A stretch of 64,000 bases of DNA from Octopus sinensis (Eukaryota), in the NCBI RefSeq assembly GCF_006345805.1, contig NC_043009.1:4650001-4714000 (forward strand), read 5' to 3'. Both the position numbers and the translations under genes were made by a program. This document shows, piece after piece, positions 41,508 to 55,560 of this stretch (position 1 is the first letter of the stretch; every line of letters starts with the position of its first letter). The notes beneath the pieces were generated by a model. The model was given only the letters and a program-made list of their open reading frames with translations, was not told the DNA's origin and did no database searches.

Positions 41508-42605
41508 ATATATATATTATATATCTATATATATATATTATATGTCTATATACATATACATATATAAACATATACTCTGTAACATATAAGGATAATAATG
41601 AATTATAGAAGAACACTCCATATTCTTGTTTATTTCAAATAATTCCAGAAAGACTGTCGACATGTACAGCAGCAAATCTTTTCTCAATGAAACAAGGCTA
41701 TATGTGCGCTTAGGGCGCCGCACTTAAATTTCCTCCGAGGTAAACGTTTCCCTGAAAACGTTTTATGCCGGCTTATAATACCTGTTGCCTGAATAAGTCT
41801 CTAGCATGTACACCGTATATTGTGTCTATTATATAGTCTATATTCAGTCAATTGCTGCTTATATTTTTACCATAGGATAAATATATTGTACCGATTCAAC
41901 GAAAGATGTGATTTGAATTGAGCAATTATATGTACGAAATCTTCCCTATTCTATCTCCTCATTTGCAAAATGATTTCATATACCAATTTGGCAAATCTTG
42001 GAGAGATATTGCAGATGAAAGTAACTAATGCAATTGAAATCTTTGTCTTAGTTACACGAATTTCCGACGAGCATCTTAAGCTTGTGTGTACAAATACTTT
42101 CACTCGAGCTATGGCAAAACGATGCTTGATCATGTTTTCCGTCGTGTGTAAATTATAAAATATATGTACAACCACAAGAGCATTAAACATACTAGTACGA
42201 ATGTTAGAAACTGGAACAGTTAATTAATTTCTTCGCTTCCTTGATTAATTCTTCTTTATAGAATAACTACACTACCAGAAATTACCGTCGCAAAGCGCAG
42301 TTTTATGAAAATCCCTCTGGAATTACGTTTTCTCTTCTTCACAGAATTGAAATGAATCAGAGAAGGATAAATATACAGCAGCAAAGTTTACAATAGATAA
42401 ATCTATTTTCCTTCAAATACATAAGCTAATTATCATCTAAGTCGTACTTCAGCCTCTGAAAGTAACCATGGTAGAGAATATACATGATTATGTAAAATTT
42501 CCGTTTTCGAGTGCAACTGAGAGTAGAATAAAAATATGTTCATATTGTTTTGTCAAAGAGCAGCGTGAAAAACTAAAAGGTTGAGGATCTGTTTGCGTGC
42601 ATTGT

Positions 42606-42640
<35 letters not shown>

Positions 42641-43288
42641 TATATATACGTATATATTTGGGTGAGTACATGATTGTATGTGTAGGCATATATGTGAGCA
42701 TGTGCGTAGTGCTTCTGCCTGTATGCATTGAAAATGGAGAAGAGTTATTATGCATGATTCCGAGAAATTTGTAAAGTTACTTAATGAAAAATAATAATAT
42801 AATGCCAAGTGTCGATTCAGACAGGTGATTACCAACACGTGCACTGCATCTCCATCAATGAGCACATAGGTATCCCATACTATGAAATGATAAAAATATA
42901 TTATACATATATATATTTGTATATATATAGGTGAGCTTATATATGTATGCATATATGTATGTACGTGTGCTTATATATACACATATGACATATATACATA
43001 CATACACAAACGTACATATATGATCAGACTGCGTTCTGATCATAGTTTTTTTTTTCAGCATTCATGAACTGCCTATAACATACAGTATATTGAAACATTA
43101 AGAAAAGAGTGGAACTGTTTATTATTATTATCATTATTATTATTTTTTATACTGTTGCTAAATTTTGAATATAAAGTTTATAATGTTTTTTTTTCATTTG
43201 TGAATGCTGGTATTGAATGTTATATTCCCCAAACCAATAATAATAGTAATAATAATAATGATCCATCCCTTCCCAAGATGGAGGAAGG

Positions 43289-43378
<90 letters not shown>

Positions 43379-44328
43379 TAAATATATATATACATATATA
43401 TGTATAGTTTATATATACAAATATATATAAATATATATATGCATATACATAACTATACATATATATGTATATATATATTATATATATATATATACATATA
43501 TATACATGCATATATACATATATATATACATACATATACGTATATACATATACTTATATATATCCATATATATATATATCTTCCTACCGTCGTAGCCATT
43601 ATAAATCCCTTTAAACCCCATGAAGTTTTTTTACGTTGTCACAAATGCTGCGCTTGTTACTACGCTGACACAGTCGAGTGTAAGCTATATGTACAAAATA
43701 GTAATTGCAATCCGTCTTATAAACGTTATATATGGTTCGGTATATCAATGTACGTGTATATGTGCAATTGTATGAATATATGTATGTATATGGAGTTGTA
43801 TGTATATAATAATATTCGTATATGTATGTACAAAGCATTTGTTTATATATATATATATATATATACCTATTTGCATACATGTGTTTGTACCACATATGTA
43901 ATAAACTTATTTAGTGGACACTGAGGCACACATACATGCACATACATATGTGTATATATATAGTGTATATGTATATATATATATCATATATATATATATA
44001 TTATATATATATTATATATATATATTATATATATATATATATCATATATATATATATAAGTAGATATATGATATGTACGTATATACATATATATATATAT
44101 ATGTATATATTTATCTATATCTACATGTATATATATCCGTATATATTTGTACATATATATACGTGTATATATATATACACAGACATATGTACACGTATAC
44201 ATGTATATATGATATATTAATACAATTTATATATATATATATATATACGTACACATTCATATATATATACACACATATATATATGCTTACATCTATATAT
44301 ATATATGCGTATATATACATACATATAG

Positions 44329-44381
<53 letters not shown>

Positions 44382-45510
44382 CATATATATTTATACATAT
44401 ATATTATATATATATAATATATACATATATATATATATACAAAATGTACATATATGTATATACATATATATATATATCATGTATATGTAATTTATATGTA
44501 TATAAAATATATATAACATACATACACTCATATATTCATATAAAGATATTTCAAGAATTTCAACCTAAAACAGAACGATAATCATGAAGATTCGAGAGAA
44601 AAGAGATTACCATGAAACGAACGGAAGATATTGTTACCATGAATCAGTTCAAATGTAAAATTGTTTCTTTTTTTGTTGTTCGTTTTGCTTTATTCTTCAT
44701 TTTAGACTCGAAAAAGAAAAAAAAATAATAATAATAAAATGACCCTCTTGATTATTCCTTTTATTTTTTGTTTTTTTTTTTAAAAACTTCCCTCAAGCAA
44801 AGAAATTCATGTATACAGAGGTCATAACGAAAATATATATATAAAAAAAAATGAAAAGAAATCCCGCAAACACACACACAACATTGAAATGAAGAAAAGA
44901 AGCAGCAAAGAACACGAAAAGGAAAAGAAAAGAAAAAAAAGAGACAAAACAAAAACAATTCTATAACAAATACATAATAAAAAAAATCTCAGAGACTAGA
45001 TTTATTGAAATTATATTATACTGCGATTTAAAATTTCTATTTTAAGAGCCTATTTTAGTCCATTTACCTAGATATATATTAACAATCTGAAGTATCTTAA
45101 AAAAAATACAAAAAACCAAGAGAAAAGAAAATTATTACAATGAACATATAAACAAAACAGAATAAACAATATGAGATTGAACTGTACTTCATATATGGGG
45201 GAAAAATTTCAACCAAGAATTATAAAGAAATAAATAAAAAGTGTCTAATGAACTAATTTTGTCTTTGATTTCCAGCAACGGTGTTTGGATTTGAATTTCT
45301 TGTCTCTGTGTTTAAAAAAAAACAACAAAAAACAACAAAAATGTTCTTCTGTATATTTATATATGCTTGCAAACGAACATGTGTGAACACTCAAAGACAC
45401 ATTCACAAACACAGTCGTGTTTCCGTGCGTATGTGTTACAATATGTGTGTGTCTCGACCACGGTCTAACAATGATGAATGATGATGATGTATGTATGTAA
45501 CATATATGTA

Positions 45511-45619
<109 letters not shown>

Positions 45620-45810
45620 ATATATATATTACATATACATATATATATATATCATATGTATATATGTTTATATATGTATATATGTAATATATATATATAT
45701 TACATATACATATATATATATATCATATGTATATATGTTTATATATGTATAATATATGTACATATATGTATATATAATATATATTATATAATTATATATA
45801 TGTATATATA

Positions 45811-45884
<74 letters not shown>

Positions 45885-45944
45885 GAATATATATGTATGT
45901 ATATACATGTGTATGTGTGTATGCATACACATTGTCTTTATATA

Positions 45945-48470
45945 TGAGAGCTGAAATTAAAACTAGCTGGATAACTGAATTTCGTCAGAGAATATATTTC
46001 GTCTTTGGATCGCCATCCTGCAGTTCTGGTTAGCGATATCTGACAATAACCGAAATGATGGAGAGTGTATTGCTTCTGATTGTTCAGCTGACTCTCGTGA
46101 TACCCTGCAGTCACCACAAGTTAAAGGTGATAACCTTCATATTCGTTTAATGAAAATGAAATAAATAGATGGAATAAGCCCCTAAATAGAGAAAAGGTAT
46201 CAAAGTAGAGTGAGAGTTATGAACCCAAAGCAGATCATTATGCATCCGTTCTAGTCTGTAGTTCTAAGTTGTTCGTGTGTAGAAAGGAAGTTTACAAATG
46301 GTGGTGTCTGACAAGACAATGAAATATATCAGATGTATTAGTGAGGACACGATATAAAATAATTAAAAAGAAAATTTTAAATAAATACGTAAGGAATACA
46401 TGAATAAGTCTATTATTAAACCAGTAAAATATTTAATAATTGGATAAATAATTAAATGAGCAAATGCGATAGCTTTCGGAGAACAGACCCCGAGTCCCTT
46501 TGATAGAATGTGGTTGCAGATGCAATAAGTTTCAGACTTCAAGGATTCACTATGTGTCATGTAGGGCTGTTTGTATTCGGGTGCGTATAAAGAGTATGCT
46601 TGACAGGATGTGGACGAATATAATTTTATGGATGTATATTTCGAGCAAGAGACGAGACTTACTTTTCCTTACTTAGAAGAGCTAATTCTCACAGTCAGTA
46701 TTCATACGTTAATAGCTTATAAAATTATTGCACAAGTGTTGTACTTTCTTGCGCATGATCGTATATTTTCTCTATTACGGCACCATATTATATCACTTAA
46801 TATTGATAGTTTCTGACATTCATATCGGTGTGTGTGTGTTTGTTTATTGGGGAATAACGTGCTAGCGTGTAGCTAGCAGTTTTTGTAGTGAAAATTATGA
46901 CTTAGCATATGGAGGAACTGCTTTCTAGTATAAACTGGTGTATGCAGCCTGGGTTACTCTACATGGAAGGGAAACGATTTTAAGATAAATCAGCCTAAAA
47001 GAAGGATCGGATGTACGGAAACAGAGGAAACGTTAGATAAGAATGTGCATGTGTGATATGGTGAAAGAAGAAATGTATAATAGTTTCTCAACTATTAGAT
47101 CTCGTAAATGTTGCTATTGTAAAGCAACTTGGGTTGTGGAACTGAGTGACTGAATTTGAGCAAGAGGGGGAAAAGATTTCGGGAGAAGAAAAAATGCTAT
47201 TCAGCTAGTGTTTAACCAGATTATACTGAAATATAATATTTCTCAGACAGAGATATGCTTTAGGGCTTGAACCTTAAAATATCTATGTATAAAGGCAAGA
47301 AATGAAGATTATCAGCAGAATCAGTATCTTAATTTCTGCATGTGCATGTGTCATTGTTTGTCTTGAAATACTGTCGCGATTTCTCACAGAATTTCACCCA
47401 AACTTTGCGCAGTGATCCAGAATCATCTGGGAAGACGATGAAGATTCAGTCATTTGATCAAATGGATTATCTGTTCTGAATTGCTGGTTGTGCGTTTCGT
47501 AGGTACATGTGCCCTTACCATAGTTGTCGGGCAGAATAACCGTGACACAGTGTGTAACGAGGCTGTACGTTTCGAATTACAAGTACAGACCACCGAACGG
47601 GCTGCTAAGCAGTTTTTGTTCATTCAGTTTCCCCCAGAAAGGAGTAGGTACAGTAGTTTGTTTAGATTTTCGAATATTCCGCCGACTTCACAGATTACGA
47701 GCTTGTGCAGGGTCTTTTGTATGTTTTGGAGAAGTGAGCTAATCCTATAAACTTCTTAAACTACTGGGCAGTTATTTTGGGCTGAGGTGTTTTCTGACTC
47801 TGAATATCAAGACCAATCATTGCAAAGCAGTATTTACTTTAATTAAGATGACTGTCCACAATGAGATATCCAAAGCAATGTTAATATCTAGCATTTGAAG
47901 CGACCGTAAGTCTTGTACACGAGTTATTTGCGTTTAAGAGGTGAGCAAGATGGACGTGATGTTAGGTAATCTTTTCTTGATATTTATACTGATTATTTCA
48001 TTTCCGGGTTAAAAGAGTCAAGATTGGAATGACTCCACCGCGGAAACTTTTGACGATTCCGTTCATTGAATAAATGTAAATTTGTTGTAGGATATCTAGA
48101 TTAAATACAGAGGACTTTTGCGTACTCTGTAGAAAGTGAGGGGTGAGCGGTGGTATCAACGGTGCAGGAATAGTGTTTTAGAGGTAACTGCAAGTTAAGT
48201 CGTTGTTGTATAAAAGAAAGAGTATGGGTGACAAAACTGAACACTGGGGCTCATAAGAATTGAGAGGAATGAGAGAGTAGAAAAGAAGAGAGAGAAAGAG
48301 GTGGTAAGACAAAAGTTGTTTCAGATTATACAAAGAGAGTGCTTTTTAGAGGGCGATGATACAAGGGACAGAAGTCGGATGGAGTGTATAGCTTGGTGAA
48401 GTTACCAGGAATTTCGAATGAAAAAGTTTAAAAACAGTCGAAAGGTTAGCTATGTTAAGAGCACATTACT
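45945..48470 (-). mobile_element. Highly degraded CR1/Jockey-like LINE reverse-transcriptase region, with an insertion around 47330-47760
   Basis: Minus-strand remnants in RT order: ALNIANxFD (~48440), PQCSVLSPILFLLYNNDL (48196-48249), YPASFNF near the 3' end. Confidence 0.6.
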
Positions 48471-49949
48471 GCATTGAGCAATTCTCAGTACTACGTGACT
48501 GTGAGAGTACATCTACAGTAAATCTGGTTTTATAAAACTCGTAGTGTTATTAATAAGGGAGAAGGTTTCAATTTTTAGTTAGAATAGTTGTATGTATGAT
48601 AATTTTTCTAATTATTCCGACCAAATATTTGCCATTATCGGAATTGTTTCCTTATTACAATTGCTGCTACAATTACTATTTTGTAGAATATTTTACAAAC
48701 TTCCTCTCTTAAAAACATAGTTTGGGCCCGTCAGGGCGATGATTCATAGATGTGATGTTTTGTTGTCACTTAAACCAACATACATAACGGAAAAGATCAT
48801 TCAGAGCCTACACAATTAGCAGAAGTCCATTATATAACATTCGAATATCTAGTGAAACTGCAAATTTAAACACTCAGAAATCTACGAAATTTTCGTATTT
48901 GCTTAAGGCTATCATCGAAAAGGTAAAAACTCATCACGATTCTTAGTTAATGTCTATGAAAAAGCACTTCTTTGAAAAAGAATTCTATCCTGCTCTTTTA
49001 TTTTCGTAGAAGAAAAATAGTGCTTCTGTGTACAAAGCCATAAAAGACGGTTTGCCACTTCTACTTTTGGTTTAGGAATTCTCATGTGGAACCCAAAGAT
49101 CATTTGCCATTAACAAACATCACATTCAATGAAAGGAATACCAAATATTCATCAGCAGGTGGTTTGGAGATGAGACATAAAGGCCAGGTTGAAAATAGAA
49201 ATTTTCATGCAATGGTTTCCATATTCATTATTCCGTTTAGCAGTGAAGCAATATTGTTAAGAATATAATTATGAATCTGAAATAACGTGGATTACACCTG
49301 CATTCCTCCCGAAAGAGTTTACGTACGACAAATATCACCATTTCATTCTGTGCACTCATTACAAGGTATAGATTCTAATATCAAAGCTTACAAAACTTCG
49401 AAATTATGTAAGACGAAACAGATGACCAGCATAATTTCTGAGGGACTTTCTATCATATTATAACCATGCTGTTTAAGAAATAGTTGCAGAAGCACACGTG
49501 TTCAATGTGATTAGGATGTACAGCATGCTCCCTTTCAATTACAGTGCAAAAAAAAACCTATGTCAGGGTAACTTTCATGTGAGAGACATTGTTTAGTTTG
49601 TTTTCAATCTTTTAAAGCTATATCAAGATGGACAGAATTTGACAATACAGCAACGCCTTTGCAATGGTTCATACTTGCACAGCTTATAAAATCAAGTAAA
49701 TTTTGCGTCCCGTGGGCATTGCATAGTATATGAAACCTTTTAAGTGAACAGCATGTTGTTGAATGTTGAGAAAACTTCACGAAAGTGAGACAAAAAAGGT
49801 ACCACAAATACTCATACCTGCTGATACATCATTGCTCCTACCAGAAGCAGGTAACTCTATTCTGACTATGAGGCTGCATTAGAACAAAGCATTGCACCTT
49901 AATACCCCTTGATATATTGTCGCGTATAGTTGATGAATTTCATTAAATT

Positions 49950-50500
49950 GTAGAACACCAATCTCTGGTTTAATACTCTTGATTAGGGTTGCGTAGCAAA
50001 GAACTGTGAAATTTGTATTATTTTTTTCAATTTCGTGCCCTACGAACAATTATTGGAAACATCCGTCTTTATTGTACTTATGTAACAGGCTTAACCGTCT
50101 TTATCTCTTTGAAACTCCTTGAAAAATGAGTGTTGAAATCATTTGCTTCTTTAATCTTCTTTAACCACTGAATTTTCAGCTGAGGGCACCAGAGCACCAT
50201 AAACCCTAAGTATCTTACTATGCGTTTTTCTCTGGTGGTAATAGATGTTCTAAAGGTATGATAAAACCAATTTGATTTGGGCGGCACATCTATTTACTAT
50301 CTCAAAATCTGTGCATACAGTAGCTCCCTGGATATAATACCAGGTTGCACAAGTAACAAAGAACGGTCCAAATATTTGGCAATAAGTAATCCAGTTATCA
50401 TTTTGCTTAGTTTGATGCGGAAAATCGTTAATGTGAGGCCATGCCTATCAATATATATTCGCGCCGGGGAGATTCATTTCATCTCAAGTTGACAGCGAAA
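49950..50500 (-). mobile_element. Degraded non-LTR reverse-transcriptase fragment
   Basis: Minus-strand ISP..IYID, ELLYAQIL (YADD-like position) and VRYLGF in the expected order. Confidence 0.4.
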
Positions 50501-50932
50501 TTATATTGGCATGTTCTGAGCATCTGAGACAATGAGAATATGTCACTTTATACTTTGTTCTTTGTGTATATATGGCACAATAAATTGTTACAGAGTCACA
50601 CACAAGAACCCGGGGAATCCAAAGACTCAAGTACATCTCGCGGCGATCGAGAATAGCGTGGCTAAAGTTAGGATGTTGCCTCACTGTCGCAGCCTTCAAC
50701 ATGTCTTTTTATTTTTATTTTACTTGCTTCAGCCATATGACTGCGGCCATGTTGGAGCACTGCCTTTAGTCGAACAAACTGATCCCAGGTCTTATTTTTT
50801 GTAGGCCTAATACTTATTCTACCGTCTTCTTTTGCCGAACCGCTACGTTACGGGCACGGGTCCCTATTACAGTGATCGTTATGTATATGCTAAATGAAAT
50901 ACGGAAGATGGAATATACGAGAATTTATCATT

Positions 50933-51040
50933 AATCAAGACAATTGTTTCGACACATCTAGCATTGATCCCTCACGGATGGGACACCCAAATATTGGGTC
51001 AGGAGTATCAAGCGGTGCAGATGTATCTCATCAGGTGATA
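50933..51040 (-). ncRNA. Type I hammerhead ribozyme with long structured stem II, GUC triplet; first stem I pair mismatched
   Basis: Minus strand reads CUGAUGA-GAUACAUCU...AGAUGUGUC-GAAA-CAAUUG-UC. 9-bp stem II with one GU, palindromic stem III ACAAUUGU, stem I AUCA/UGAU with a C-U mismatch next to the core. Confidence 0.65.
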
Positions 51041-52139
51041 AATTGACACAGCTCATTAAAATAACAATTCTGCAATGTAACTTCTCGTGTTGTAGAAAGA
51101 AAACCAATCAGACGGAGTAAATATCTTCATTTATATGGAAGAGGAACAGTAAAATCGCAGATGGAAAAAAGAGAAACAAACACGCAATACAGCGAGAAAA
51201 GTATAAAAAATAACTGTTAACAAATATGGATGTATAAACGCCCTCGAGCAAGCTGCATGGCGCGAGTACACTCGCTCAAACACGCATCCACGAAAATGTG
51301 AGCATACGCACACGTGAGGTTTGATGCAATCACGATCACAAAACGAGTTAAGTATCTACTTGGTGTTGGTAAGAATGGGGAGGTTAAAAGTAAATTTAAT
51401 TCATCCATACCTTAAAGTAAATGATGTTAACAGTTACCCAAAATGCATTCTCACTGAGTTATGCGAAAATACATTTACTTGCGTGGAGGCATCTTGAGAG
51501 TCTTTCAAAAATTCTATTAATGATCTTCTCATTAGTCCACAGAATATACAGGGATTCCTCGGAGCAGAGACGTCATTTGGTGAAAGACAGAAAGGAAACT
51601 GAAGGCATAGTAATACGAAACTAGGAGGGTAAATGTTGAAACGTCTTTCAGTTTCTGTCTATCAAATTCATTCTCAAAGCTTTATTCGACTCGAGGCTTT
51701 AGAAAAAGATACTTGTCCAGGATGCCACGCTGTAGGACTGAACGCCGAATCCCATGTGATTAAGAAGCAAGCTTCTTATCACACAGCTGCGCCTGCGCCT
51801 GTCAATTTGTTTTAATAAATGTATCGATGAAATTATAATGAAAATAATAGCTGGAGAGTCTAAAGTTTATTTGATGAACTTCCAACCATGATTAATTAAT
51901 TAAATGAACTTTAAAAAAGACAAAACTTTAATGGCAATATATATTTTCTGAAACAACCTCCCCTAATCTTGATAAAAAAAAACAAAAAAAACGAGAGGAT
52001 AGATTTACTGAAGGTTGCATGCACCACACGTGGAAATTATTCTGGGCAATTACTACGTTTTGAGTAACAATACTAACTCAGTATAGTCGGGCCCCATATT
52101 TCTATGGATTTTTAGGGTTTTTAACGTGCAACATTAGAC

Positions 52140-52541
52140 TCTTTACTCGTTACTCTTTTACTTGTTTCAGTCATTTGACTGCGGCCATGCTGGAGCACCG
52201 CCTTTAGTCGAACAAATCGAACCCGGGACTTATTCTTTGTAAGCCCAGTACTTATTCTATCGGTCTCTTTTGCCGAACCGCTAAGTGACGGGGACGTAAA
52301 CACACCAGCATCGGGTGTCAAGCAATGCTAGGGGGACAGACACACAAACTCACACACATATATACATATACATATATACGACAGGCTTCTTTCAGTTTCC
52401 GTCTACCAAATCCACTCACAAGGCATTGGTCGGCCCGGATCTATAGCAGAAGACACTTGCCCAAGATGCCACGCCGTGGGACTGAACCCGGAATCATGTG
52501 GTTGGTTAGCAAGCTACTTACCACACGGCCACTCCCGCGCC
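52140..52541 (-). mobile_element. Full-length SINE family A copy
   Basis: Reverse complement of the 22333 element along its length. Confidence 0.9.
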
Positions 52542-52692
52542 TATGGTAGTATGGTAGTATGTCCTTTGCCAACACCGTCCACTGTTTCCGAAAAGCAAGC
52601 GTCAGTGTGAGCAGGTCCCTACAATTGTTTTTAAGTCATAACGCGAAAAAATGTGTGTGTGTGTGTGTGTGAGTGAGAGAGAGAGAGAGAGA

Positions 52693-52736
<44 letters not shown>

Positions 52737-53157
52737 GAGATGAAGAAGAAGAAAGTGAGAATGTGAATAAGTCACTGTTTAACAAGTACTGTAGGTAACA
52801 ACCCTGTAAATAGATTTCTAACTAAGTTGTTTTATATCCTCTTAAAATTGATAGGAACTTTTCACCACCCCACCTCTGTATGCCTGATGAATGCTATATT
52901 TGCCATCAACATGCAAAGCTACATTTGTGAGGAAAATTTGAATACTATCCATTGAGAATTGAAAAATATTCAAGTGGTCGGAAGAAATCGAAAACAGATT
53001 CGAAAACAGTAATCAGCATATCAGTTTGAGCTACATGTATTTTACAACAGATCAGAGACAGATCATCATGTAAGATGGACATATCCTACACCCACGAAAC
53101 TAATTTGGAATCCAGTGAGAGTGTTCTTACGTGTATATATGCATGTATATATATGTA

Positions 53158-53345
53158 GTTAATCCAAACACAACAACGCGAGGACGTGGAACAAGTATAG
53201 TGTTATCGGACGCTCAGGAAAGGAAAGAAAGAGGGCGGATTTAACGTTTCGAGCGGAGCTCTTCGTCAGAAACATAGAAAAAGGAAAGATCCAAGAAAGG
53301 GAAGACGGAGAAAGAAAATCGCCAACGGTACACACGTGGTAACAT
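53158..53345 (-). mobile_element. Short dispersed repeat carrying the 53239 hammerhead; partial second copy at 23203-23300
   Basis: TAGTTAATCCAAAC...GAGGACGTGGAACAA.TATAGT.TTAT.GG.CGCTCAGGAAAG is shared with 23203-23300. Both abut (TA)n-like tracts. Confidence 0.6.
53239..53273 (-). ncRNA. Minimal type I hammerhead motif (GUU triplet)
   Basis: Minus strand reads GUUU-CUGACGA-A-GAGC(UCC)GCUC-GAAACGUU-AAAU. Stem I UUU/AAA plus GU, same register as the 25170 motif with different paired bases. Confidence 0.6.
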
Positions 53346-53410
53346 ATTGAAATATATATATGTATGCATGTATGTATGTGTGTATTTCGGATTAATATAC
53401 TTGCATATGT

Positions 53411-53650
53411 GGAGGCGCGTGGCTTAGTGTTTAGGGTGTCAGCACCATGATCGTAAGATTGTGGTTTCGATTCCTGGACCGAGTGAAGCGTCGTGTTCTT
53501 CATTTCACGTTGCTCCAGTCTACTCAGCTGGCAAAAATGAGTAACGCTGCGATGGACTGGCGTCCTGTCCAGATAGGGAGCACATGCGCCATAGAAACCG
53601 GGAAGCCGAGCCTATGAGCCTGGCTAGGCTTGAAAAGGGCGCATTTTAAA
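53411..53650 (+). mobile_element. tRNA-derived SINE family D (V-domain-like GCGATGGACTGGCGTCCTGTCCAG); related minus-strand copy at ~7330-7610
   Basis: A box TGGCTTAGTGTTTAG, B box GGTTTCGATTCC. Confidence 0.7.
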
Positions 53651-55115
53651 AATATTTTTTATACTTGCATATAATTTTTGTCTCACAATATGCAAGAAAG
53701 ACTGTTCGGGTTTGTTAATGGCTGGAGCGGCGGACAAAATGCCTTGCAACATATTAACGGCATAATATATACTGGGTTCAAACTCCAGCGAAATCAAGTT
53801 TGCTTTCCGTCTTCCTAGTATCGATAAAATAATGCACTAGTCAAGAACTGACGTCGTTTTAATCGATTAGTTTCTTCGTTCCAAAATTTATGGTTTTCAG
53901 TCTGATGTTAGAATCGAATATAATAAACAAGTGAGAATTTATATATTGCGAGTTGAAGTAGGATTATATTAAATAATATTGCCCGAATGAAATCAACATA
54001 AATATTTTGTAGATGGGAAATTGAAATCAATATTAGCTTAAATGAAAAAAAAAAAAACAGAAATAGAAAAAGATGAATAAATAAAAGTTGGGGTATAAAT
54101 TTTTGTTACCTACGTATAAACCCTATGATTTTCTTTTTCAATATGTTGAAGTTTCATTCGTTTGATAAATATATTTTTCTTTCATGCTTTAAACTGAAAT
54201 TAATATTCACTTCTTATACTCGAGAATTGATATTATGTAAGCGGGGAAAACAAAATTATTTTAAAATGCAGTGAGTGGAATGTCTTTTATGTACACAATA
54301 AACGTAATCTAGATTTACGTTATTCCTTTCCATTTTCAAATATATTAAATTCGTCTCTCTTTCCCTCTCTTTCTCTCGTCACATTTATATTGAAATACTA
54401 ACCAGAAAAAAAACCCGTCATTCTTCAATAAAATATATAAGCCAACTTATTAACTCCTCGTGAAAATTTATATTTTAGTTTCTGAAGTAGGCTTTTTAAA
54501 AAAATAAATCATTCCGAAAATGATATGATTACTTTTCTCTTATTTAAGAAACCATAAATTGCTTTCAATATGTTAAGACAACAGAAGATAAAGCTAGGAA
54601 GCTACATTGGCCAGAAGAATATGTTTCAACAAGACTCTATCTGTTCTTATCAATGTAATTTCGTCAATGTCAACAAAAGGAAGGCTTTAACAAAATATTT
54701 GTTTTGCTTCAGTGACACTTATTTCCCCACTGTTCCTTTTTAAGATTGTAGATATATTTTATTTTCACGAGATGAAGCTGGAAAAAATATATAAGTATTT
54801 CTAAATAGAAAATATTTTCCTTCTATTCGTTGTGATATCCGTTCTAACGAACAACAAAATGCTACACTCATATATGCGCATACATGCAGTTACACATTCT
54901 CATATACATAATCATAGCGTTGTGGTATACACACAAGTAAATGTATCTCTATGCATACTCACAGTTCTATACATAGAGTACACACAGCCAAACATACATC
55001 ATTATTTACATTATTTGAAGGAGTGTATTTGCTTAGAAATACAACAATGGCGTTCAACAAAGTGACTGCAAATTATATTCATACCAAATTGAGTTCTCGG
55101 TTCGAATTCTGCCGT

Positions 55116-55560
55116 GAGAATGTGGTAAGGAGCTTGCTTTCCAACCACATGGTTCCAGGTTCAGTCTCATTGCGTGGCATCTTGGGCAATTGTATTCTAC
55201 AATAGCCTCGTGGGTGGGTTTGGTAGACGGAAGCTGGAAGAAGCCTATCATGTATATGTGTGTATGTCTTTACGTCTGTGCCCCCCCCCGCTTGACAATC
55301 GGTGTTGGCGTGTTTACGTCCCCGTAACCTAGCGTTTCGGTTAAAAACACCGATAGAATAAGTACTAGGCTTTACGAAAATAAGTTCTGAGGTCGATTTG
55401 TTCGACTAAACCCCGTGAAGGCGGTGCCCCATTATGGCTGTAGAAAAACAAGCAAAAAGTAAAAGATAGGCGTGTGCGTGGTTAAGAAACATGCTTTGCA
55501 AACACCTAGTTCCAGGTTCAGTCCTACTGCGCGGTACCCCGGGCAAGATGACTTCTACGA
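55116..55560 (+). mobile_element. Diverged SINE family A copy followed by a second head fragment
   Basis: Family A motifs. Further fragments at 1905-2030, 24470-24550, 50700-50858 (-), 51640-51800 (-) and 56305-56405. Confidence 0.7.

Noticed and set aside
42345-42396. Strong acceptor TTTTCTCTTCTTCACAG followed by IEMNQRRINIQQQSLQ*; similar case at 31789-31823 (DGPVAKGRLKN*)
   Set aside because: No partner exon or donor; such acceptors arise often by chance in pyrimidine-rich DNA.
46036-46110. Signal-peptide-like MMESVLLLIVQLTLVIPCSHHKLK on +
   Set aside because: Lies antisense within the degraded LINE 3' region; weak donor; no downstream exons.
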